Positions 38,800 through 48,292 are shown, numbered from the stretch's first letter. The stretch is 55,265 bases of DNA from Acidobacteriota bacterium (GCA_025463165.1 JAOBAU010000027.1:1-55265); one strand, 5' to 3'. Notes: generated by a model from the sequence alone, not told the origin. A program made the numbers and translations.

Positions 38800-40191
38800 A
38801 TGCCTGACGGACATTCCAACTCGACTTCGAGCGCGGCCGCGGCTCATCTCCTCAATCGGCTGACCTTCGGTCCGCGGCCCGGCGACGTGCGGCGCCTGAC
38901 GGAAGGCGGTGCGGCTGAGTTTCTCGAACGACAGCTTGCGCCGGAGCCGGAACATGAAAGGCTTGCGCGGAAGCTTCGCACGCTTCCCGCGATCGACTAC
39001 ACGGCGTCGGAGTTCGTGCTCCACCATCAACTCGACAAACAGTCAGCGGCGTCGGTCGAATGTCCGCTCGAACAACTTCGCACGGCGAAATTGCAGCGCG
39101 CGGCCGAGTCTGAAAACCAGCTGCAAGAGGTGCTGGTCGACTTCTGGTACAACCACTTCAACGTCACCGCGCAGGCATGGCAGGCGAGTGTTCCGGAGTA
39201 CGAGCGCGAGACGATCCGGCCGCACGTCCTTGGCCGATTTCGAGATCTTCTGATTGCGGTGGCTCGTTCGCCGGCAATGATGTTTTCGCTCGACACGTAC
39301 ATCAGCACCGCCAATCGTGTAGTCGGCGGAAAGGTCGTACTCGGCCTGAATGAGAACTATGGCCGCGAACTGCTCGAGCTCCATACCGTCGGTGTGTCGG
39401 CGGGCTATACGCAGCACGACGTCACGGAAGCGGCGCGCTGCTTCACCGGCTGGGATTTTGGCGGCTGGCACGCTCCCCTTTACGCATTCCGCTTCTCACG
39501 CGAGCAACACGACTCCGACGCGAAAAAAATCTTCGGCCTCGCGCTGCCGGCTGGCGGAGGCGAAGACGATGGTCAGGCGTTGCTCGACTACCTCGCCGTC
39601 CATCCGGCCACAGCGCGATTCATCTCATGGCGTCTCGTGCAGCGTTTCGTCGCCGATGATCCGCCGCCATCGCTGGTCGAGCGTTGCGCGGCGACCTTCT
39701 CCGCAACCGGCGGAGAGATTCGCTCCGTCATGCGAACGCTTATCGAGAGCGACGAGTTCCGTACCGCCTCGCCGAAACTGAAATCACCGCTCGAGTTTGC
39801 GGTCAGCGCCATCCGCGCAGCGGACGGAGAGATCGTGGAAGGCAAGCCGCTCGCCGATGCGCTCGGCCGGATGGGGATGCCGCTGTACGACTGCAAGCCA
39901 CCCACCGGCTATTCGAATCGCGGCAGCGACTGGTTGAACGTGTCAGGCCAGCTCCACCGCTTCAACTTCGCGGTCGCTCTCTCGACCGGTACCTTTCGGG
40001 GAGTCACCGTCGCGAGCTCGAAATCGAGTCCTGCGGCGGTGGCGCAACAGTTCGCCGACAACATCCTCGGAGCACCGCTCAGCGCATCCACGGTCGCTGC
40101 ACTCGCACGAGCCTCGTCCAAAGGAAACGTCGCCGCGCAGACAAAAGCATTGGCGCTGTTGATCGCCAGCCCGGAGTTTCAGGTCCGATGA
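38800..40191 (+). CDS. DUF1800 domain-containing protein
   Basis: AAHLLNRLTFGPRPGD...VDFWYNHFNV... matches my recollection of DUF1800. The stop overlaps the next start (ATGA). Confidence 0.85.
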   Translation: MPDGHSNSTSSAAAAHLLNRLTFGPRPGDVRRLTEGGAAEFLERQLAPEPEHERLARKLRTLPAIDYTASEFVLHHQLDKQSAASVECPLEQLRTAKLQRAAESENQLQEVLVDFWYNHFNVTAQAWQASVPEYERETIRPHVLGRFRDLLIAVARSPAMMFSLDTYISTANRVVGGKVVLGLNENYGRELLELHTVGVSAGYTQHDVTEAARCFTGWDFGGWHAPLYAFRFSREQHDSDAKKIFGLALPAGGGEDDGQALLDYLAVHPATARFISWRLVQRFVADDPPPSLVERCAATFSATGGEIRSVMRTLIESDEFRTASPKLKSPLEFAVSAIRAADGEIVEGKPLADALGRMGMPLYDCKPPTGYSNRGSDWLNVSGQLHRFNFAVALSTGTFRGVTVASSKSSPAAVAQQFADNILGAPLSASTVAALARASSKGNVAAQTKALALLIASPEFQVR

Positions 40192-41420
40192 CCACGACTC
40201 GTCGCGCGTTTCTTACTCAGGCCGGCATGATCGCCGTCGGTTTCGGCGCACTGCGCTCATCGCCGTTTCTTCTTCATGCGGCGGAGACAGCGACGGCCGG
40301 CGATTCCGTCCTCGTGTTCGTGCTCCTCCGCGGTGGAGCGGACGGCCTGAGCATCTGCGCGCCATATGGTGATCCGGAATACTACAAAGCGCGTCCCACG
40401 ATTGCGTTGCCGAAGCCGCGAACCAGCGGAAACGATTCACTCATCGATCTCGACGGGTACTTCGGGCTGCACCCGGCGCTGCGGCCGCTCGAGCCGGCGT
40501 GGCGCGCCGGCAAACTCGCCATCGTTCAGGCAGCCGGCTCGCGAAAAATGAGTCGTTCCCATTTCGATGCGCAGGAGTTCATCGAGACCGGGACGCCCGG
40601 CTTGCGCGGAACACAGACCGGCTGGATCGATCGTTGTCTGCATCGCCTTCCAGGATCGGAACTGACGCAGGGAATCGCCTTCTCGCCGCTGATGCCACGC
40701 GCGCTCATCGGCAGCGAGCCGGTGCTGGTCACCGAAGATCTCACGCGATTCGACGTCGAAGCTCCGGGATGGAAAGCGGAAGCCGAGTCGTTACTTCGCG
40801 AAATGTATGCGTCAGGTGAAGGCGCATTGGAAGCGGTCGGCCGCAACGCCATCGACGTACTGAAAGTGCTGCGCAGCAAGCCGGCTCTCGGCGCACCCGC
40901 CGCACATGGCGCGCGATATCCGGTCACATCGGCGGGACTGTCGATGCAGCAGGCCGCGCAGGTCATCCGCGCGCGTCTCGGTACACGCTGCATCTTCGTA
41001 CACGTCGAACAACGCTTCGATACACACGCCGAACAACTGACCGCGAACCAGATCGACTTTGCGAACATCGGCGAGGCGCTTGCCGCATTCGATACGGACC
41101 TCGGTTCGCTGATGGATCGCGTCGTCGTCGTCGTCGCGACGGAGTTCGGGCGCACCGTCGCGGAGGATGGATCGCGCGGAACGGATCACGGTACCGGAGG
41201 AGCGATGTTGCTCCTCGGCGGTCCGGTAAAGGGCCGGCGCATTTACGGCAAATGGCCCGGAATCGAAAAGAAGAATCTCTTTGAAGAGCGAGATCTCGAC
41301 GTCACCACAGACTTCCGCGATGTTTTCGCCGAGGTCGCGGAAAAACATCTTCGCATCGCTGCCGGCGAGTCGCTGTTTCCAGGTTACACCCCGGAAGCAC
41401 TACCCGGCATCGTCGCCTGA
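40188..41420 (+). CDS. DUF1501 domain-containing protein (sulfatase-fold), Tat signal
   Basis: Start MTTTRRAFLTQAG at 40188. LRGGADGLS...ATEFGRT...GTDHG. It is the classic partner of DUF1800. Confidence 0.88.
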   Translation: MTTTRRAFLTQAGMIAVGFGALRSSPFLLHAAETATAGDSVLVFVLLRGGADGLSICAPYGDPEYYKARPTIALPKPRTSGNDSLIDLDGYFGLHPALRPLEPAWRAGKLAIVQAAGSRKMSRSHFDAQEFIETGTPGLRGTQTGWIDRCLHRLPGSELTQGIAFSPLMPRALIGSEPVLVTEDLTRFDVEAPGWKAEAESLLREMYASGEGALEAVGRNAIDVLKVLRSKPALGAPAAHGARYPVTSAGLSMQQAAQVIRARLGTRCIFVHVEQRFDTHAEQLTANQIDFANIGEALAAFDTDLGSLMDRVVVVVATEFGRTVAEDGSRGTDHGTGGAMLLLGGPVKGRRIYGKWPGIEKKNLFEERDLDVTTDFRDVFAEVAEKHLRIAAGESLFPGYTPEALPGIVA

Positions 41421-41431
41421 CGGGAGCACGC

Positions 41432-42148
41432 ATGGCCGACAACGAACAAGATTCGATACGACGCGAGCATCTGCGCAAGCTTGTTCCTTTATTCATCGTC
41501 GGCGGCCTGGCGCTTTTCTCCGCACCACTCTTTCACCCGAACAACACCTGCAAAGACTGGCTGATGAAATGGGGACAGCTTTCGGCGAGTCCGATCTGGA
41601 TTCCGATCCATCAGGTTGCGTCGTTCGGATTCGCCCTCGGCGCCGGCGCGGCATTGCTGCTTTGCATCGTCGGACCTCGACGTGCCAGCGGCCTGTTTGG
41701 CGGCGCGGCGTTCAGCGCCGGCTACCTGATGATGTCGCTCATGGCATTGATGCACGCCACCGCCACGAGCACGATCGGCACCGCGTACAACGCGGCGAAG
41801 ACCGACGCGGAGCGCGAGCTGTTGCGCACCATTGCGAATGCGTTTGTCAACTACGACGTCGCCGTGGATGGAGTGGCCGCGGTCCTGCTCTCCGGCGGCG
41901 CCGTGCTGCTCGTCTGGTACCTCTGGCGCATCTCGGTCATTTCACTGCCGTTTGCAATCGTGCTCGCGGGTGACGGTGCGATCTGGGGCGTGCAGTATTA
42001 CCGGCTGACGCGCGTCGTCCACTACAGCTTTCCGGAGTGGGTACCGTACACGTCGCAGGGACTGCTGCTCTGCGCGATCGGCTTGGCGATCGTCTTTGCG
42101 CGTACGGAACGCGCGATCGCACCCCTTCCCGCGGCGGCGGAGGCGTAG
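41432..42148 (+). CDS. Membrane protein, unknown function
   Basis: About 6 hydrophobic segments. It starts 11 nt after the DUF1501 gene. Confidence 0.6.
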   Translation: MADNEQDSIRREHLRKLVPLFIVGGLALFSAPLFHPNNTCKDWLMKWGQLSASPIWIPIHQVASFGFALGAGAALLLCIVGPRRASGLFGGAAFSAGYLMMSLMALMHATATSTIGTAYNAAKTDAERELLRTIANAFVNYDVAVDGVAAVLLSGGAVLLVWYLWRISVISLPFAIVLAGDGAIWGVQYYRLTRVVHYSFPEWVPYTSQGLLLCAIGLAIVFARTERAIAPLPAAAEA

Positions 42149-42154
42149 CGGCGA

Positions 42155-42805
42155 ATGCATCTCGACGCCGACACGCTGGCGATGGTGCGCAATGCCCTGC
42201 AGCTCGTCCGCCTCACCATCGTCGCCGGATTTGTCGTTGCCGGCCTGCGAGTGATGCGCTCGCCGCCCGACGTCCGCAGAAAACGCATCAATCAGTTGCT
42301 TGCATACGTTCTCGCGGTTCACGTGTCGATCGCGATCGCGCAGAACGACGCCTGGCCGTTCACGATGTATCCAATGATGGCAGTCGACTCCACCAATGTT
42401 TCTTCCCTCCACAACGGCCTTTCGTTCCGTGTCGTCGATGACGCCGGAGAAGAATGGCCGGTCGATCCGCTGGCGTGGTCGCCGCTCTATCCACAATCGA
42501 TCATGGGTTGGTTCGAAGTGTCGTATCCGAACGCGACTGTGGCGCAACGCAACGACGTATTGCGTTTCCTCCTCGCGCGCGCCGAGCTCGCTCGGCGGCA
42601 CGGAGTACGTGGCGAACATTTCTACGGCAACGCCGCCCTTCTCGGACCACTCGCGGCACCTGATACGAATCTGTACAACGCGGTGACCGCGTCAGGGCAT
42701 CCGCTGCGCGCGCTGCGCGTGTATCGCGTCTTCTGGATTCCTTCCGAGTTCGCGACGAAGAGGACGCTCCGCGACCGGCGCCTCGTCTGTGAGTACCGCG
42801 AATGA
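42155..42805 (+). CDS. Single-pass membrane protein with WPF..YPM motif (paralog of 50710..51219)
   Basis: An N-terminal TM segment is followed by NDAWPFTMYPMM...FRVVDDAGEEWPVDPL. It has the same architecture as 50710..51219. The stop overlaps the HTTM start. Confidence 0.6.
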   Translation: MHLDADTLAMVRNALQLVRLTIVAGFVVAGLRVMRSPPDVRRKRINQLLAYVLAVHVSIAIAQNDAWPFTMYPMMAVDSTNVSSLHNGLSFRVVDDAGEEWPVDPLAWSPLYPQSIMGWFEVSYPNATVAQRNDVLRFLLARAELARRHGVRGEHFYGNAALLGPLAAPDTNLYNAVTASGHPLRALRVYRVFWIPSEFATKRTLRDRRLVCEYRE

Positions 42806-43710
42806 AGAACGCCTGGGATCGTTTCTGGTTCCGGCCGGGCGGACCGACGAACTTCATCGCGGCGCGAATCATCGTCGCCATCACGTCGCTGTGGCTTGTC
42901 CTCTCCCGACCGAATCTTCCCGGCATCGTTGCGTGGCCGGAAGCGTTCTGGCTGCATCCGAACACCTGGTTGCGCGCCCGCTTTCTCATCCTCGGATTGC
43001 CGTATGCCGCGGAGCTGGCGCTGTATGTCGTGCTGATCGTCGCGCTGCTGCTCACCGCGGCCGGACGTTACACCGCGATGAGCGCATTCGCCGCGGCAGT
43101 TCTGCTGTATCACTTCGCGCCCTTCGAAGACATTTTCACGTCGCTGTCCGGTCCATTCTTTCGCGGGCTCACGGCGTGTGTGAGCTGCCTCTTCATCATC
43201 TCGTTCGCGAAACAGCCGCGGCGCTTGGATCAGCCCTCGCCTGAATATCGTTGGCCGCTGATGCTGATGCGACTCCTGTTCGCGCTGACCTATTTGCTCT
43301 CCGGTATTTCAAAGCTGCGACTCGTCGGACCGCGATGGGCGACCGGACAAAACTTCGAGGGCATCGTCATGGCGATGATGCTGCCTGACGCGACGCCACC
43401 GTGGGCTCACTGGTTCATCGGACATCCGCTGCTCTGCTGGCTCGGCGCGCTCGCGGGCGTGATGATGGATTTCCTCTTCATCTTCACGCTCTTCTCGCCG
43501 CGCGCTGCACGAATCCTCGTGCCGCTGGTCGCCGTCACTCATCTCGTCGTCGTGAAGGTGCTCGGCGTCGTCTTTCCCGCGGCGCCGCTTCTGCTCCTCT
43601 TCGTCAACTGGGAGTGGCTGTTCGATGCGCTGCGAGGACGACGCGACGGATCTGCCAGAGCAGCGGAACGATTCGACGAGCCAGCGTCGGCGCAATCCGG
43701 AATGCAATGA
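42802..43710 (+). CDS. HTTM domain-containing membrane protein (vitamin K-dependent gamma-carboxylase N-domain-like)
   Basis: WDRFWFRPGGPTNFIAARIIVAITSLWLVL...LLYHFAPFE...YRWPLMLMRLLFALTYLLSGISKL. The HTTM assignment rests on my recollection of the family pattern. It is a paralog of 51216..52007. Confidence 0.7.
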   Translation: MKNAWDRFWFRPGGPTNFIAARIIVAITSLWLVLSRPNLPGIVAWPEAFWLHPNTWLRARFLILGLPYAAELALYVVLIVALLLTAAGRYTAMSAFAAAVLLYHFAPFEDIFTSLSGPFFRGLTACVSCLFIISFAKQPRRLDQPSPEYRWPLMLMRLLFALTYLLSGISKLRLVGPRWATGQNFEGIVMAMMLPDATPPWAHWFIGHPLLCWLGALAGVMMDFLFIFTLFSPRAARILVPLVAVTHLVVVKVLGVVFPAAPLLLLFVNWEWLFDALRGRRDGSARAAERFDEPASAQSGMQ

Positions 43711-44062
43711 CGACGAGCTGTCGATTGAACGTCTGCCAGCCGGTTTCCTCATAAGGCGCCGCCGAAAGCGCGCGACCGATCAGCGCATCAGCGCTGACCG
43801 GCAGGTCCGGAATCGGGTTTGCGTCGCCTCGCGCCAGCATCCATGCGCCGCGTCTCGCGATCAGGCGGTGGACGACCACCTGACCGCGGTGCAGAAACAG
43901 AATCACGTCGCCCGGCTTCGCTTCATCACCGCAAACAATCTCGACCGGCGCGCCGGCAGCAATCGTCGGCAGCATGCTGACGCCGCCAAAGCTCGCCGTG
44001 AACGTTCGCCGCTCCCGTTTCCAGAGCGAAGCGATCGCGGCAAGCTCGCCGGCGTCAACCAA
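43604..44062 (-). CDS. S26-type signal-peptidase-like serine peptidase (Ser/His, SipW/Sec11-like)
   Basis: Catalytic Ser box GGVSMLPTI. VVHRLIA sits where bacterial SPase I has K-R-[VL]-I. GDAN box. TTG start at 44062 overlaps the upstream stop by 8 nt. Confidence 0.65.
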   Translation of the reverse strand: MVDAGELAAIASLWKRERRTFTASFGGVSMLPTIAAGAPVEIVCGDEAKPGDVILFLHRGQVVVHRLIARRGAWMLARGDANPIPDLPVSADALIGRALSAAPYEETGWQTFNRQLVVIAFRIAPTLARRIVPLLWQIRRVVLAAHRTATPS

Positions 44063-45143
44063 CGGCGGGCGCCGGTATCGGCATTGCGGCGGACGGCGCC
44101 GGCGTAGCGATGCGATGATCGGGCAGCAACAGATAAGGACCGATCGTCGCGCGTGTGTGCGGATGCTTGAACGCCCAAACGAGTCCGTCGAGGTAGAAGT
44201 GCATCAGCACGACGAGGTTCAACAGCCAGTTGTGCAGCCCCATCGCATTGAAGTGATGGATGAAGCGGTCGACGACACCGGTCACGGCAATGAGTGAGAG
44301 GAGCAGGATGAGAATGCGCGGCACCGATCGACTGATCGACGCCAGCATTCGCTGCTTCATCGAACCGGCGGTATGCGCGTACTTGCGGTAATTGAGCAGC
44401 CACAGCAAACCGAGATACTGGACGTAATGTCCGGCCAGCATCGCCGAGGTTGCGTTGTGGCGATCCTTCATCAGAACGTAGGGAAGGAACAGCAGTGCCG
44501 ACGTGGTGAGAAAAATCGTTTCCGGCGTGACGAAACTCGTAGCGCGGCGGCGCATACGCATGATGAGCATGCCGAGCGCAATCAAACCTGCGCTGAGCAG
44601 CGCCGGTCCGAGATACGGCGTCACGTCCCAGGGCAGCCGGCGAAGGAAAAACATCACGTCCGGCTGATCGTTGATCGTCACGGCGTAGAGACCGAAACCA
44701 ATGCAGACGAGCGCCAGGTTTGCCGGGACTTTTTCGGAACGGTTGTCGCCGGCGTTCAGATGGCGATAGACAGAGAGAATGCCGCTGCTTTGCCGCGACA
44801 CGTGAAAGACGTTCCAGACGTCGACGATCAGCGCGACCAGCATGTACAACTTCAGGAGGATCGCGCCGGTGAGCGCGAAGACGAGCAGCACCGGCCCTGC
44901 ATAGAACGCGATCGCACGCTTTCTCGCGTACGCGGCATTCTGATCATCGAAGTAGTACGAGTACGTCGACAGGTAATGCGGCATCCCGAGCACGAAGAGC
45001 GAGAAACCGCTGACGAGCGCCGCATCGAGAGACCACGCGAACGAACAGATCGCGATTCCGAAAAGCGGCGGCAGTGCGAGCAGCCAGAGGTCGTACTTTG
45101 GCGACTCGATCCATCCCGCGTTCGTTGTCGCGGCCGCGGCCAT
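44055..45143 (-). CDS. Polytopic membrane protein with conserved-looking His residues, unknown function
   Basis: Start MAAAATTNAGW at 45143, 1 nt after the upstream stop. About 9 hydrophobic segments. His-containing segments are MPHYLSTYSYYF, FHVSRQSSG, GHYVQYLG and MHFYLDGLVWAF. Confidence 0.65.
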   Translation of the reverse strand: MAAAATTNAGWIESPKYDLWLLALPPLFGIAICSFAWSLDAALVSGFSLFVLGMPHYLSTYSYYFDDQNAAYARKRAIAFYAGPVLLVFALTGAILLKLYMLVALIVDVWNVFHVSRQSSGILSVYRHLNAGDNRSEKVPANLALVCIGFGLYAVTINDQPDVMFFLRRLPWDVTPYLGPALLSAGLIALGMLIMRMRRRATSFVTPETIFLTTSALLFLPYVLMKDRHNATSAMLAGHYVQYLGLLWLLNYRKYAHTAGSMKQRMLASISRSVPRILILLLSLIAVTGVVDRFIHHFNAMGLHNWLLNLVVLMHFYLDGLVWAFKHPHTRATIGPYLLLPDHRIATPAPSAAMPIPAPAVG

Positions 45144-45144
45144 C

Positions 45145-45879
45145 TCAGCCAGTCCCCTGCGCGACGAGACGCTTTGCAACATCGATCTCGTCCTCAGTGA
45201 ATCCTGCCTCACGCCGCACATCCTCAGCGACCGGATACATCGTGGCAGCATCGCCGGCGATGATTTTGAGCGCCTCGTTTGCGAGCGAAACAGCTTTCGT
45301 CATCTGAAATACGGCTGCCGCACCACCGAGCTCCATCAGCTTCTTTACCCAGACATTCGCATAGCGGACGTGCTGGACTTCATCGGCGAGCTGCCCATCG
45401 AAAAGCTCATCCAGATCGGTTCGTCCTTCGCGGCGTGCGGCTTCGCTCACCTCGTTCTGGATTGCGTCGATTCCGGCTGCTTCGAAGCTGCGATTCTGAA
45501 CGGCAAGACGACCGATGAGCGACGGGATATTCGTAATTACGCGGTACTGAAAATTCATCACGGGGTACTCGCCGACCTCGACACCGCGACGTTCGAAGCA
45601 GCCGCGAAACGCTTCGATGTGCCGCGACTCGTCCCAGCACTGCCGTGCCATCGACATGCGCAGCTCCCACGGTGCATCGGGAAAATCGGCGAGGTTGCGC
45701 GCCGAGATTTCCATCCCGTTGATCTCTTCGTTCATCTGCCGGTGCAGGAACTCGTTGATCAGCCGCGGATCGGAGGCATCGAAGTTCTGCATCTCCGCCC
45801 ATAGATCGCGCACGTCGAATCGCGAATCGCGCTTCGGACCTTCAGCGAAGAGCTTCGGATCGAGCTGCGGGGTGGTCAT
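45145..45879 (-). CDS. DUF455 / ferritin-like di-iron carboxylate protein (paralog B)
   Basis: NEEINGME...CWDESRHIEAF...FEAAG...LADEVQHVRYAN gives an E...ExxH...E...ExxH pattern. The ATG overlaps the paralog A stop (ATGA). Confidence 0.8.
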   Translation of the reverse strand: MTTPQLDPKLFAEGPKRDSRFDVRDLWAEMQNFDASDPRLINEFLHRQMNEEINGMEISARNLADFPDAPWELRMSMARQCWDESRHIEAFRGCFERRGVEVGEYPVMNFQYRVITNIPSLIGRLAVQNRSFEAAGIDAIQNEVSEAARREGRTDLDELFDGQLADEVQHVRYANVWVKKLMELGGAAAVFQMTKAVSLANEALKIIAGDAATMYPVAEDVRREAGFTEDEIDVAKRLVAQGTG

Positions 45880-46676
45880 GCGTGTACCTGTTCCGGCACC
45901 AGTGAACGGAACCCGGCCTGGCGAAGGATCTCGTTGATCTCTTCGTCGTTGAACTCCGCCAGCTTCCGGTCCTCGACATTCACAATCGGGATACGCGAAT
46001 GCGGATCTTCGAAGACCTTCCCGTTCACCGTCGTCTCGCCGGCATCCGCCTGCAGCGTCTGATTCGCATGACTCACGAATCGAACTGCCATTGCGACCTT
46101 CATGAGCACGCGCGGATTTTCCGCGGCAAGCTGTTTGATCCAGCGATTCGCAAAACGGACGTGATGAATTTCATCGGCGAGAATCGCGTCGAGCACCGCC
46201 GCCGTTGCGTCATCACCGATCGCCCGCCACTCGCGGATGTTGCCGCCGACGACGTCCATCGCACCAGCCTCGAATGTGCGGTTCTGCGACGCCAGACGAC
46301 CGGCGAGATCGTCGAGCGCGCAGGTCACCTGCCATTCGAACGCAGAGATCGGGACCTCTCCTTTGTAACCGCCCATCTCTTCAAGACGGCGATGAAGCGC
46401 CGCAATGTGACGCGATTCATCCCAGCATTGCCGCGCCAGTTCCATGCGCAAGCCCCACGGCGCATCCGGAAACTCGATGAGGCACTGTGCCGCGATGTCG
46501 AGACTGGTGATCTCGTTCGTCATGTGACGATGCACGGATTCGCGCTGCGCTTCCGGACCGGAGCCGTCGTATTCGGCCATTTCCTTGTCGCGTCGAACGA
46601 CTTTGAAGGCTTCGTCGCGCGCCGGCTCGGCACGCAGTCGAAGACCTGCTTCCTCGACGAATCCGATCTCTTTCAT
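45876..46676 (-). CDS. DUF455 / ferritin-like di-iron carboxylate protein (paralog A)
   Basis: TNEITSLD...CWDESRHIAAL...FEAGA...LADEIHHVRFAN. It is collinear with 45145..45879. Confidence 0.8.
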   Translation of the reverse strand: MKEIGFVEEAGLRLRAEPARDEAFKVVRRDKEMAEYDGSGPEAQRESVHRHMTNEITSLDIAAQCLIEFPDAPWGLRMELARQCWDESRHIAALHRRLEEMGGYKGEVPISAFEWQVTCALDDLAGRLASQNRTFEAGAMDVVGGNIREWRAIGDDATAAVLDAILADEIHHVRFANRWIKQLAAENPRVLMKVAMAVRFVSHANQTLQADAGETTVNGKVFEDPHSRIPIVNVEDRKLAEFNDEEINEILRQAGFRSLVPEQVHA

Positions 46677-46685
46677 CTGCGACTC

Positions 46686-47210
46686 CTAACCCTGTGGAGC
46701 GACGATCGCGGAATGTGCACTCTCGCGGCGCGCGAGCTCGGGCAATGGAACGGCGACGACCGCGATTCGTTCGCGCAGCCGCTGCGCATCACGCTTCATG
46801 CGTTCGAGATCGATGAGAATGCGCTCGACGATCACCACTGACGGCTCGTCGAGCAAACGATCCGTAGCGTCAACGTACGCGCGATAACGGCTTTCGAGCG
46901 CCGGGATGAACACGTCGTAAAGAGCGGAAAGGCGTTTCCCCGTCTCTTCTTCCGCCGCCAGAGCTTCAATGACGTCGACGTAGGACTCGGCCGGTTTGAG
47001 TGAGTACTGCTCCGGCTTGCGTAGCTCGAACGTCCGTTTGCCGAGCCAGTCGGCGTGTTGCGCGAAATCGAAAATATGGCGGCCGAACAGCACCTTCACT
47101 TCCATCTCGGCGGTCGTCGGAGTCCACGCGGCGGTGATCTCCATCAGGCGAACTTCGATGAACCGAAACGTCGCGATGGCGCGAACGCGGTCGTTCACTG
47201 TAAGGCTCAT
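46686..47210 (-). CDS. Helical hypothetical protein (174 aa)
   Basis: The ATG overlaps the stop of the kinase-like gene (ATGA at 47207-47210). I recognise no family. It could be a degenerate four-helix-bundle partner of the DUF455 pair. Confidence 0.6.
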   Translation of the reverse strand: MSLTVNDRVRAIATFRFIEVRLMEITAAWTPTTAEMEVKVLFGRHIFDFAQHADWLGKRTFELRKPEQYSLKPAESYVDVIEALAAEEETGKRLSALYDVFIPALESRYRAYVDATDRLLDEPSVVIVERILIDLERMKRDAQRLRERIAVVAVPLPELARRESAHSAIVAPQG

Positions 47211-48241
47211 GGGTTGAATTCCCCTTCGAGAATTGACACCGTTTTATCGGGATTGGCGGACGTCATTCTATAGCAGCGGACAGAACCCAGAAGCCGGATC
47301 ATCTCGAAGACGCGCATGGCCGGCGGAGCGCCGGACAGCGTCGTCGCCATCGGCTGCATCATCGCCAGTTCCTCGCGTCCCGCCTGAATGCGTTCGAGTC
47401 GCGCTTCGTCTGCGAATCCTTCCAGGAAAATGACCGACTCGAGTGGCAGTGGACGTGCGGGAACGAGATCGAAGAGCGCGTCGGCGTCAACACGCAGCAG
47501 CCCGTCTTCATCACCCCGCGGCTGTACGCGAGCGAGCGACCGCGTCACGGCTTCCACACGCGGGCCGGGCTTGATGCCGGCGGGACGCCGGAACGGCAGC
47601 AGCTGACGCGAAGCGGGAACGTAGACCGCGGTCTCATCGCCGAGGAACTGATGTCCGCGTGACGCAAGGCCAAGTGAAAGCGTCGACTTGCCGGAGCCTT
47701 TCGGACCGATGAGCAGCACTCCCCTGCCGTCGATACCGACGGACGCGGCGTGAAAGAAAAGCGCTTCCTGCCTCAGCGCCAGCATGCGCAGGAAGAGATA
47801 GTGCGCGAGGATGCGGCGCCAGCGCGAAACGTCGCGGAAGCGGCAGACATCGCCGCGAAATGAGAAGAGCGCTTCCGAATCGTCGCCGATGGCGAGCGAT
47901 TTCCAACCGGCTTCAATCGGCTCGCATGCACGGAGTGGAATGGTCGGAGAAGAAAAGCCGAGCAGGAATGCCGCGGCATCGAGCGTGGCGCCGGAATCGA
48001 TCGTCAGCTCGCCCAATTCGCCATTCGCGGGAGCGTGCAGCGTCGCCGCGAAACCGGCCGGCGCGAGATCGCCGAAGTTCTCCGCACGGCGGCCTCCGAA
48101 GACTGAAGCGAATTCCTCCGCGAACGCGGGATCGTCGGTTGTCAGATCGAGCGACACCGCGAGAAGGGAGAATCGCTCGGATGACAACGCCGCACCAGCG
48201 GACACAGGGATCACCTCGGGGAAGGTTTGACTACATACCAA
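47207..48241 (-). CDS. HPr kinase-like (HprK-related) P-loop protein; start uncertain
   Basis: C-terminal half: LFFHAASVGIDGRGVLLIGPKGSGKSTLSLGLASRGHQFLGDE. This is the HprK C-domain signature seen in peptide-modification clusters. The start may be TTG at 48241 or GTG at 48214. Confidence 0.7.
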   Translation of the reverse strand: MVCSQTFPEVIPVSAGAALSSERFSLLAVSLDLTTDDPAFAEEFASVFGGRRAENFGDLAPAGFAATLHAPANGELGELTIDSGATLDAAAFLLGFSSPTIPLRACEPIEAGWKSLAIGDDSEALFSFRGDVCRFRDVSRWRRILAHYLFLRMLALRQEALFFHAASVGIDGRGVLLIGPKGSGKSTLSLGLASRGHQFLGDETAVYVPASRQLLPFRRPAGIKPGPRVEAVTRSLARVQPRGDEDGLLRVDADALFDLVPARPLPLESVIFLEGFADEARLERIQAGREELAMMQPMATTLSGAPPAMRVFEMIRLLGSVRCYRMTSANPDKTVSILEGEFNP

Positions 48242-48266
48242 ACCGCCGCCAGTTTATGGCGGCGGT
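48242..48266 (-). terminator. GC hairpin between the precursor ORF and the kinase-like gene (possible attenuator)
   Basis: ACCGCCGCC-N7-GGCGGCGGT (9-bp perfect stem) begins 27 nt after the precursor stop. It abuts the TTG at 48241. There is no long U-tract. Confidence 0.4.
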
Positions 48267-48292
48267 GAAGAAGACGATGGAAGGGGACTGCC

